Positions 13,333 to 21,959 of a DNA stretch of 21,959 nt are shown here, piece by piece. The first letter of the stretch is position 1. Each line of letters opens with the position of its first letter. Position numbers and translations under genes: made by a program. This stretch comes from Amoebidium appalachense (Eukaryota > Protista > Ichthyosporea), in the NCBI GenBank assembly GCA_963693365.1, contig CAVNZM010000063.1:1-21959 (forward strand). The letters are read 5' to 3'. The notes beneath the pieces were generated by a model that saw nothing but the letters and a program-made list of their open reading frames with translations, ran no database searches and was not told the origin of the DNA.

Positions 13333-14507
13333 ATGAACGCCCCACTCCCCCACCCACTCCCCCCTCCCCTCCCTTCACCCCCAAAGCCCGTTGAAGGGTG
13401 TGAATGCACTCGTTGCACAGACCTTCGCGTCTGTGACGGCTCTTCCGACGCGTGTGCCGTCTGCGGTTACCACAACACCCCGCATCTCAAGACGAAATCA
13501 AAACACTTCCCCGCCATCACCCATTTTGTTTGTGGCTGCGACCACTGCCTGACCCTTGCGGCAACAAGTGTTCCCCGTCTGTGTAGTTCGTGCTTCACCT
13601 CGCTGTCGACTCACTCTTCTCCCGTGCCCGGCCTCCCTGGCTGCTGCGACACATGCCGTAGCGGCACCCACTGTGCCTTCCGCATCGCCCGTCGCACCCA
13701 CAACTATATCAACACACAGCGTCGGCGGGCTTGGAATGCCGTCTACTCCCTGCTGACCACCATACCCGTCACGTGCACATGCATACCCGACATCCCAGAC
13801 CCCCTCCCCACCGCCCACCGCATGGCCCCGCACAACCCTGCATGTGCCATGTGGCACGTTGGCTTCCCCGCTCCCGTGCCCGAATGTGCCTCCCCCGTCT
13901 GTGCATGCACACACTACCGCAATGCGGAGGCCTTTCTCGCTCACATGTGTGCGGGTCGCCTGCGCCACCTTGTCACTGACATGTACACCCCCGCCCTCGA
14001 ATACTGCCCCTTGTGCAGCTGCCGCCGCCGCCCAGCTTCGCCCGGCACACCCCAGGCCTACGTGGCCGCCGACCTCCCCCTCCGCTTCCATTCCTGTCCT
14101 TGTCCACACTGCACGTCTTTGCACGCCCTGCCACCGTGCTCGTGTGTGCCGACTGCCACACACTCGTCCTGCAGCATCAGCATGGTGTGGACGGCTGCGC
14201 GAGGAGGCTTGTTGGCCGTAGACGACAGCTGCGACCGGGTTTGGCCCCCCGAAGACTTGTTCCTGCCCCACAAGCCCACACAAACACCCATTTTTCTCCC
14301 CAACCCCCACCATGCACATCTCTTCCACCAAGCCCATACCCATCCCCAAGCCCGCTCACACCGCCTGTTAAAGATACTGTATGCAAGAATTTAGAAGTTG
14401 AAGACCCCAACTCCCCCCAGGGTGAGTGGTTGTGGATGCTTTTCCCCTCTGGGTGGCAAAATGTGTGGGTGCCGGCCACCCCGGGCACCCCGCAAAATAA
14501 ATCGTGA
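13333..14507 (+). CDS. Cys/His-rich putative multi-zinc-binding protein; C-terminus probably continues through a frameshift near 14270
   Basis: aaacATGa at 13333. Many CxC/CxxC motifs (CECTRC, CAVC, CGCDHC, CSSC, CCDTC, CPLCSC, CPCPHC). The ORF ends at 14394, while another frame gives a plausible tail ...NLEVEDPNSPQGEWLWMLFPSGWQNVWVP to 14507. Confidence 0.55.
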
Positions 14508-14530
14508 AGACTTGGCATCTGTACATCTGT

Positions 14531-14750
14531 ACACACACACACACACCAAACACACACACCACACACACACACACACACACACCACACACACACACCACAC
14601 ACATGCACACCACACACACACACACCACACACACACCACACACACACACACACCACACACACACACCACACACACCACACACACACAGTCACCACACACA
14701 CACACACACACACACACCACACACACACACCACACACGCATACGCACATG
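14531..14750. repeat. Imperfect (CA)n microsatellite
   Basis: Seen directly. Confidence 0.9.
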
Positions 14751-15070
14751 CATGTTTCAGATACGTCCAAGTGTGGTTATGTATTGACTTTTGTGTTTAT
14801 TCAATCTTGCTGTCGTTAAGTCTCGCTTACATGTTAGGGTTCAGATACATAGATGATGTTTGCACCAAATCGTGCTTATGAGAAGACATCGTAAGAAACA
14901 AACGATGGGATATTTGCGCTGGTTTGCACATTTGCACATGTATGGGTTGGGGCATATCATAGCATATCACATTGTGGTACTTGTACACACTGCCCTGTCT
15001 ATATTTCTCTATGGGGATAGCATTCCTCTCTCCCATACACACTCACCCACCCAGCAAACACCCCACACCA

Positions 15071-16093
15071 CTATCCTGGTCGAATGCACACCCACACCTC
15101 ATTCACCGCAACGGTGTTTTCTCCATTGCCTCCTATGACTACACGCAATGGCTTCTTGTTGTCCTTAAATTGCAGTTGCCACAGCTGGTTGGAGGTGGCC
15201 TCCTCGGATGTGATGTGTATTTTAGAACCCTTGTTTGTTACTTGCACTATGACATGCTTCATGTTGTAGTAGATGTATGGGGGGTGCGGAGATCGATCGA
15301 CAGACACCCAGATCTCGCACTGCTCTCAGGCTCCCGCTGTCTCCGACTGGGGGCTGCTCGTGGCTACCACCTGCTCCGTGAAGGCCACCTGGTCGTCGAC
15401 GTCGACGGAACTGTGGTCCTCGGACACGAGCGGCTCGCGTGCTGCTTCGCACGCCGGGCTGCTTGGGGGCGCTGCTGCTTCGCACGCCTGGCTGCTTGGG
15501 GGCGCTGCTGCTTTCTCCTTATCCGCTGCCTCCGTGGTCTCTTCCGTGTCCATATCCGGAAAAGGGAGGGGCCGCCAGGGCGCTTTGGGTTCGGGGTTGA
15601 CTGCCACTGGTAGGCGCAGGGACGTGGGTTTTTTGCAGGCCCCCAGCTCGTTTTGGCGTAAGTGGCGCCCACGTCTATTTGGATTCACCCCTGCCTTCCA
15701 ATAAAATGCATCCCGTTGCTTTTGTACCACGTCGCTGGCCGCAGCACCTGAAGTCTTGCACGGGAGAATCCTGCGTAGCGGAATCTTGCCCGGTGGTGGT
15801 GGCCATGTTGTCTGCAACGGGTACACTCGCACGTCCTTGCTGCACAGGGGCGGTGCGTGCACAGCTGCAGAAGGGGGTTGAGAAGGCTGTGCATGCACGC
15901 AGTCGTCTTTGGGCGGGATTGCGCGTGCAGCTTTTGTGTTGGCGGGGAACGAGTGCATGTTGGCTGGGGGCGAGTGCATGTCGAATTCGCCGAAGACGGG
16001 AACGCCCATGAGCGCTGCCTCGCTGGCCGGTGTTGTCGCTTTGAAGAGCTTGTCGCGCAGGCGCCACAGCTTAACGTTTGGCTTGTGGTTCAT
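15071..16093 (-). pseudogene. Hypothetical ~340-codon gene with one in-frame TGA (15328-15326); Pro-rich low-complexity N-terminus, beta-rich C-terminal domain
   Basis: ORFs 15326..16093 and 15071..15307 share a frame: ...ETAGA*EQCEIWVSVDRSPHPPYIYYNMKHVIVQV... Contains a 33-bp internal duplication (AAAPPSSxACE twice). Confidence 0.5.
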
Positions 16094-16664
16094 AGCTGCA
16101 TGTTTGCAAGACTGGCAGCATCCGAAGCCGTGATGGGGTTATATGGGTCCTATAGCCAATTAGACTGGTCCCAGTGGCTTTGCCAGGGTGCGCAATTGTC
16201 CTTCGGCGCAGTAGATTTGCAACTGAAATGAAACGAAATGAATAATCTATAGAATAATCAACTGTTGTGAAAGCCACACAACGAGAGGAACTCGGTCAAA
16301 TTGATTTAAACAAAACAGACATCCTATTGTATATAGGGTTTTTGTTTCAGGGATCTCGATTCGGTTGTAACCCTGACCGCGAGTCACATTTCCGAACTCT
16401 GAGTAGAAACTAAAACAACAGCCTGTTCAATAGGAAAACAATGGCCAAAATGTTCTTATTAAACGGTTTTATATATTTCGGTTTTGTTTTCAAATTGGCG
16501 TGCTTGGAGTGTTGTAAATCACGACGTTCACATCACATCAATACTGTATCATAACCAGTCAATTTTAGAATAACACAAATGCTGTAACTGAGCCAATCAG
16601 ACGCTGCATGCCTTGGCTACAGACCCTTCGGTCATCTTCCACAGGAATACAAGACCCTCTATCC

Positions 16665-16760
16665 GATTGGTCATCACGCTGATTGGTCAAAATTCCAAAC
16701 GTCTGATTGGTCGGTACGTCTGATTGGTCAACGCGTCTGATTGGTCAGCGCGCTATTGGT
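16665..16760. promoter_or_regulatory. Tandem CCAAT-box array (GATTGGTC x5 plus ATTGG)
   Basis: Repeats spaced about 16-24 bp apart, immediately left of the Copia insertion site. Probably the original promoter of the F-box gene and/or the divergent 16093 gene. Confidence 0.6.
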
Positions 16761-16777
16761 GGCCGGCTCTCAGGGAG

Positions 16778-17692
16778 TGTTAAATTCTATAAGTATTTAG
16801 GAATGAAAGCAGAGACACAGTGGTGCAGTGTGAAAACACCACAGACACACACAACAACAAAACACGGAACGATCGGAGCAGTGTACACAACAGACATCAA
16901 TGTTTAGAAGACTGAATGAATTTATTCTGATCTTCGAATAAATACCTGAAATTCCTCTAAGTCCAATCCATACATGATTTCCGACCAGTCGGAAATCAGA
17001 TCCATCTCTAATAGAAACCAATCACTAAGAACCAATTGCTTTCAGAGAGATCCGGTACGCGGAGGCGTACACGATAGGACACAGACACTAGTTAAGATCA
17101 ACTGTGTCATCATCAAGGAAGTTCTAACCTATGACAACTGCAAAACTCAGACATATCACACTTAACCTTGATGATTGGTTAAAGCCCGGCAACACATGAA
17201 AACTAAAGTGAATTAATGAAGTCTAAACACACATGCTATTCTAAGTGTAGCCTAAGTGTGTTACCGTCAATGAACACGTATTAAGTAACACAAATCTACC
17301 TAACATATATTAGTAGAAAAGAAATACGATTATACACATGAAGACAAGGAGAGAAAGAAAAGAAAATAAGGAAGGAGAAAGAGGAAGGAAAAGAGGCACA
17401 GATCAACAAACAAGATAGTAATAGCATAACTATAACAGAGATATTTATGTACACACGAACATGTACACGTCTCTCCCTGAGTGGGTGGATCCGTGTACAC
17501 ACATATAAATATTCTAATCGATATTACAATACACGAAAAGCCGATACAACACGATTACAAGTATACAAGCATATCGGAGATCGATGCTACACTTTACATA
17601 ATAGGAGTGTGGCATTTACACTAAGCATATGAACTGAAACATAACACAAACTGAGAAGATCTTACCATATGTAAATACTACGTATTACAACA
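16778..17692 (-). repeat. 3' LTR (915 bp)
   Basis: Runs TGTTAAA...TACAACA on the + strand and is a direct repeat of ~18790-19568. Confidence 0.9.
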
Positions 17693-18073
17693 TCCCCACT
17701 TAAGACTTTGAAGTTTGTGTTATCATATCCCCACTGAACTAGTGAAATCTCCCCACTTGAGAACAGAAACGAAAAAAAAAATTAAAGTGTGTACTTTTCC
17801 GGGGGGGGGGGGGGGGGGGGGGGGGAGGGGGGGGGGGGGGGGAAAGGGGGGGGGGGGATAAGGGGGGGGAGGGGGGGGGGGGGGCAACAACAGCAAAGGA
17901 AGAAAACAACCAAGGAAAAAAAAAAATATGCAGGTGAAGGCATATATATATATTAACGGGAGCCAGCCGTGGAAACATTAACCTATGTTTGTGACTCAGT
18001 GGGACTGGGAGTCGGCCAGTATTCGCAAAGGTGGCTAGCCTCAGGTGTATATGTGTTGTGCTAACGAGAACCC

Positions 18074-18420
18074 TTAAAGTGGGCAAACCCCACTTAAGGC
18101 AAAAAAAAAAAAAATACATATACAGAATCGTAGTAGTAGACGTTCCAACTGGGAAGCAGTGTAGAGGAAGCTGCTGTCCAGGGCCCCAGGTGTAGTAGAA
18201 GACCACCGATGATCACTGCACAAGGTCGGGCACACAGAGTCGATCACGGTGAGTGAATGGCTGGGACCCGGCAGTGACTTGGTAAGGATGTCAGCCAAGT
18301 TGTTGGCGACGAGTTGAGACAACATCCCCACTCAGGCTGGGGGGGAGGATAGGGGATGGGGGGTATCGAGGACGAAACGGTAGAAGGACAACGGGGGTCA
18401 CGGATTTGGATGCAGTGTGT
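18074..18420 (-). pseudogene. pol: Copia pol remnant (RNase H C-terminus)
   Basis: CIQIRDP... followed by LVANNLADILTKSLPGP, matching the Copia ADxLTK motif. Heavily frameshifted. Confidence 0.75.
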
Positions 18421-18789
18421 CGAGGGTAGCCACAGTGTAGGGGACGGTGGAGGGAGATGACCAAGGAGGAGTAGATGTCGTAGTTTGGAATCGTGAGGGG
18501 GCGTCGAGGGTGCTTGCTGCTCGGGGTGATGGGAAAGGCGAAGGGAGGGGGGTAGGTCTAGGAATTTGGGTTGGGAGAGGGAGGAGGCAGGTAGGGAGGA
18601 GGAGGAGGGGCGGAAGGGGGGGGGAAGGCAGCACAGCAGCTGGGGGGAGACTGGCAGATGCGCGGGGAAGGGGGAACAGCTGAGGGGTATGTGCCGTGAG
18701 AGTGGTGGTAGCTGGGAAGGGAGGGGGAAGGAGGAGGGAGGAGAGGGAGGAAGGGAGGGGGCAAGCAGCGGAGGGGAGGGGAGTCCAGC

Positions 18790-19568
18790 ACACAACAACA
18801 AAAAGAAGCGACAAAAAGACATCAATAGAGCGACGATAAATACTGAAATTCCTCTAAGTCCAATCCATACATGATCCACAAATAGATCATCTCTAAGAAC
18901 CAATCACTAAGAAAATTTTTCAGAGAGATCGGTACGCGGAGGCGTACACGATAGGACACAGACACTAGTTAAGATCAACTCGTGTCATCACAGAAGTTAA
19001 CCAGACAACTGCAAAGACCAGACATATCACACTTAACCTTGATGATTGGTTAAAGCCCGGCAACACATGAAAACTAAAGTGAATTAATGAAGTCTAAACA
19101 CACATGCTATTCTAAGTGTAGCCTAAGTGTGTTACCGTCCAATGAACACGTATTAAGTAACACAAATCTACCTAACATATATTAGTAGAAAAGAAATACG
19201 ATTATACACATGAAGACAAGGAGAGAAAGAAAAGAAAATAAGGAAGGAGAAAGAGGAAGGAAAAGAGAGCACAGATCAACAAACAAGATAGTAATAGCAT
19301 AACTATAACCAGAGATATTTATGTACACACGAACATGTACACGTCTCTCCCTGAGTGGGTGGATCCGTGTACACACATATAAATATTCTAATCGATATTA
19401 CAATACACGATTAAAGCCGATACAACACGATTACAAGTATACAAGCATATCGGAGATCGATGCTACACTTTACATAATAGGAGTGTGGCATTTACACTAA
19501 GCATATGAACTGAAACATAACACAAACTGAGAAGATCTTACCATATGTAAATACTACGTATTACAACA
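18790..19568 (-). repeat. 5' LTR (left boundary degraded)
   Basis: Near-identical to 17050-17692 over ~18930-19568 and increasingly deletion-ridden leftwards. No PBS recognisable. Confidence 0.85.
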
Positions 19569-19637
19569 GGGAGGGGTATACCACAGCTCAGCTTTCAAAC
19601 TTCACTCTCCAAACGAACTCATGGCGCGTTCATCACA

Positions 19638-21104
19638 ATGGGCGCCGATCAGTCCACCCTTTCTCCCAGCGCGCAACAGCTGGTCTTGGGCAACCACTAC
19701 CTGCTTCTGTACATCTGCTCCTTCCTGGATGCACGCTCACGTCGCAGCATTGCGCTCACCTGCCGAGCGCTTCGCCACGTACACGAGGCAGAGCTGGCGC
19801 GCCCGAACAGCCACATGCGCGTCGACCTATCCAAGGGTCCGAAGTCAATCGAGTTTGCCACGCGCGTCCGTGCCACCCACGTCGTTGCCACCACTGCTGA
19901 CTACAAGCGCCTTGCCGAGCTTCCGCCCATGCGGTTCGTTCTCCACATGGTTCTTGATGAGTACCGGGACCTGGCCAACCACCATGCAAAGGCTGCCCAT
20001 AACCACCGCTACACCAGCACGGAGCCCATCTACCCAGACCTGTTTCCCAACCTCAAGGTCGCAGAGGTCAACTCCTTCAAGTGCCACACCCCCCTTGTCG
20101 CCCCCTTCGCGTTGCTGGGCCGCGCTATCCTGAACCTGACGAGTCTGACCCTTGCCTTCTCTGCCACTCCCAGGCCCACACCTGGTGTAGTCATGGATCT
20201 CACTGCGCTCGAAAACCTGGCCCATCTGCACGTCCACCTGTGCACGCGTGTGAACCCCTCTAACATCTACGCCATCCCCAGCACGGCGCTGCATGTGCCT
20301 GCGGGCCTTGTGAAACTGCATCTGGACTACCGCTTCCGCTCCATGTGCGGCCACCAGTACGGCTACGGCAGCGGCGGCTCCGCTCCCGGTATCCACAACA
20401 TCCACAACATCGAGTCCTGCGTCAACATGCGCAATGTGCACGTGTGCGTCTTTGGCATGGTGGTGTTCGACACCATCAATCGCGCCCACCGTGTCGAGCT
20501 GCTGTGCTCACAGGCCCGCGGCACGCTGCGCGGTTGCACCAGCGTCCAGATCGGCAAGGAGGTGCGCGACATCGAGATCACCACCACCGGGGACAGCGCC
20601 AGTGACTACCCAGGCAACCGGCTGCTTGTGGCCGGCGCCCGCGAGTTCGAGTGCTTCCATCCTGCCCACAACTGGGCGCTGCAGGACGTCCATGTGCTGG
20701 AGCTCATGCACGTGCCCCACAGCCCGCGCGCGCTGGTGGCCATCGCGCAGGCCGTCAACCTGCGCTCGCTGACCGTCACGGCGCCCATGTTCAGCGACAA
20801 GGAGCTCGTCTACCACATGCCCCCGACCATCGAGATGGTCAACTTCAGGCACGTGCGCCTGGTCGTGCTCGCCGACCCCAGCGGGCTCATCCGCCCGCTT
20901 GTGTTTTCCAGCGACTGCGACCTGGTCCTCTACAACCACTGGCTCCTCCGTGCGGCCGGGTTCCTGATGGACTCGAAGTGGGACCGGTTCATGACACGGC
21001 TGCTGCACATCACGCAGTGCGACATGCCGTGGGCGCTCGGGCGGAAGCTGCAGTACATGGGCGACAAGTCGTACAGGCACCTGCCGTTCCCCGAGGGGGT
21101 GTAG
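19638..21104 (+). CDS. F-box protein with LRR-like C-terminal repeats (488 aa, intronless)
   Basis: acaATGg start. LVLGNHYLLLYICSFLDARSRRSIALTCRALRHV is F-box-like. FPNLKVAEV, LNLTSLTL, LENLAHLHV, PAGLVKLHL and VNLRSLTV are LRR-like. Strong GC3 bias. Confidence 0.8.
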   Translation: MGADQSTLSPSAQQLVLGNHYLLLYICSFLDARSRRSIALTCRALRHVHEAELARPNSHMRVDLSKGPKSIEFATRVRATHVVATTADYKRLAELPPMRFVLHMVLDEYRDLANHHAKAAHNHRYTSTEPIYPDLFPNLKVAEVNSFKCHTPLVAPFALLGRAILNLTSLTLAFSATPRPTPGVVMDLTALENLAHLHVHLCTRVNPSNIYAIPSTALHVPAGLVKLHLDYRFRSMCGHQYGYGSGGSAPGIHNIHNIESCVNMRNVHVCVFGMVVFDTINRAHRVELLCSQARGTLRGCTSVQIGKEVRDIEITTTGDSASDYPGNRLLVAGAREFECFHPAHNWALQDVHVLELMHVPHSPRALVAIAQAVNLRSLTVTAPMFSDKELVYHMPPTIEMVNFRHVRLVVLADPSGLIRPLVFSSDCDLVLYNHWLLRAAGFLMDSKWDRFMTRLLHITQCDMPWALGRKLQYMGDKSYRHLPFPEGV

Positions 21105-21120
21105 GGGGGGGGGGGGCTGT

Positions 21121-21959
21121 TTAGAGCCCTAGACACTTGGTCATGTGATTGTAGTCGAATCTGTGGGCCTTGATGGTCACCTTGTTTGCACTTAGTTTCT
21201 TTGTACTTACTGGTTTCATCATGAATATCTGCCGTAGAACTTTGCCAAATACACATAGGTTCATGTGAACCTCCATGTCTGACCCTTGTTGTCTCACCCA
21301 TTCGGAATACAGTGCATAGAGAGATGATGTTTTTACGGGGGATCCCGGGGGGAACTTGTGCCTGTTGTTTTCGTCTTTCAAAAATTCAATAAAAAACTGC
21401 TTGACCAGCTCGTATCCCTTGCTGTGTCGCAGATTGGAGTCTTTTGTCCACGGCCTTGTTATCCACTCGCCTATCCTATCGTCAATAAGTATGCGCACCC
21501 CCCGTGACTTCCCGTCGTCCAAGGCAGACTTGTATGCACGCCACGGGCAGTGGCCGTACAAATAAAGTGTTGGGCGGTGGTTGGGGTATGTGCTCTGTCT
21601 TGCAAGGATTGTTTGTAGGCCGTCTACGAATCGGGTGATGTGGACCACCAGTATCACGTCGGTTCCCGTCAGCACACAGTCCTCCCCGAGCATTGTGGTT
21701 TCCGGTTGGTATAAAAGGCGTGTTACGATTTCAGACCCATCACTTCCAGTCATCTTAGAGTAGTGAACAAAAATATTGGAGGGTGGGCCTTTTATAGGTT
21801 TTGGGTGGGTGGTGTAGGTGGAGGTGCTTGCAAGCACCTGTCGTTCCCCGAGGAGTGTGGGGGGGGGAGGGGCTGGGGGGGGTGCATTTTTATTATCTAG
21901 CATATACATAATGGTCGACTTCAACAACATGTCTGTACCATTGGTACCAGAGCGCACTC
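21121..21959 (-). CDS. 5'-partial protein: degenerate PD-(D/E)XK-like domain + D5-C/RFX-like winged helix
   Basis: LGEDCVLTGTDVILV...GLQTILARQSTYPNHRPTLYLYG resembles the GxIDxLTxxExIEVK...GQxLxY...YPxHxxxxxLFG family without the catalytic residues. VKTSSLYALYSEWVRQQG...MNLCVFGKVLRQIF resembles the winged helix of D5 primase C-termini or RFX. Confidence 0.6.
   Translation of the reverse strand, partial: VRSGTNGTDMLLKSTIMYMLDNKNAPPPAPPPPTLLGERQVLASTSTYTTHPKPIKGPPSNIFVHYSKMTGSDGSEIVTRLLYQPETTMLGEDCVLTGTDVILVVHITRFVDGLQTILARQSTYPNHRPTLYLYGHCPWRAYKSALDDGKSRGVRILIDDRIGEWITRPWTKDSNLRHSKGYELVKQFFIEFLKDENNRHKFPPGSPVKTSSLYALYSEWVRQQGSDMEVHMNLCVFGKVLRQIFMMKPVSTKKLSANKVTIKAHRFDYNHMTKCLGL

Larger units (their letters stand above)
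16778..19568 (-). mobile_element. Ty1/Copia LTR retrotransposon, internally deleted or collapsed
   Basis: TG...CA termini; 5-bp TSD GGGAG (16773-16777, 19569-19573); two direct LTRs; minus-strand PPT AAGTGGGGA abutting the LTR at 17692; Copia RNase H C-terminal motif NLADILTKSLPGP (~18265-18305). Confidence 0.92.

Noticed and set aside
17739-18903. Pro/Ser-rich ORFs inside the retroelement
   Set aside because: Low-complexity, deletion-garbled sequence; only the ADILTK motif is interpretable.

Overview
Eukaryotic genomic DNA with spliceosomal introns, CCAAT/CRE/TATA promoters and (CA)n/poly-C tracts. It holds a compact cluster of about 8 orphan-like genes whose recognisable domains resemble the accessory genes of large DNA viruses. 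These are three Bro-N/AntA/MSV199-like DNA-binding proteins (one fused to a BAG-like domain), an F-box/LRR-like protein, a degenerate PD-(D/E)XK-like domain plus a D5-C/RFX-like winged helix, and Cys-rich putative zinc-binding proteins. Two of the AntA/Bro-like domains only become complete after splicing out phase-0 GT-AG introns (7081-7418, 11042-11840), which the ORF track misses. The second intron contains a 51-aa ORF with a transmembrane helix and a PPxY motif. The cluster has been invaded by two TA-flanked Tc1/mariner/pogo-type MITEs, a Copia LTR retroelement (5-bp TSD GGGAG, internally collapsed) and several tandem arrays. My best interpretation (inference) is an intron-containing endogenous viral element or giant-transposon cargo region. 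No capsid, polymerase or integrase hallmark is in the window. All domain calls come from motif recognition by eye, not database searches, and several frameshifts may be long-read errors.
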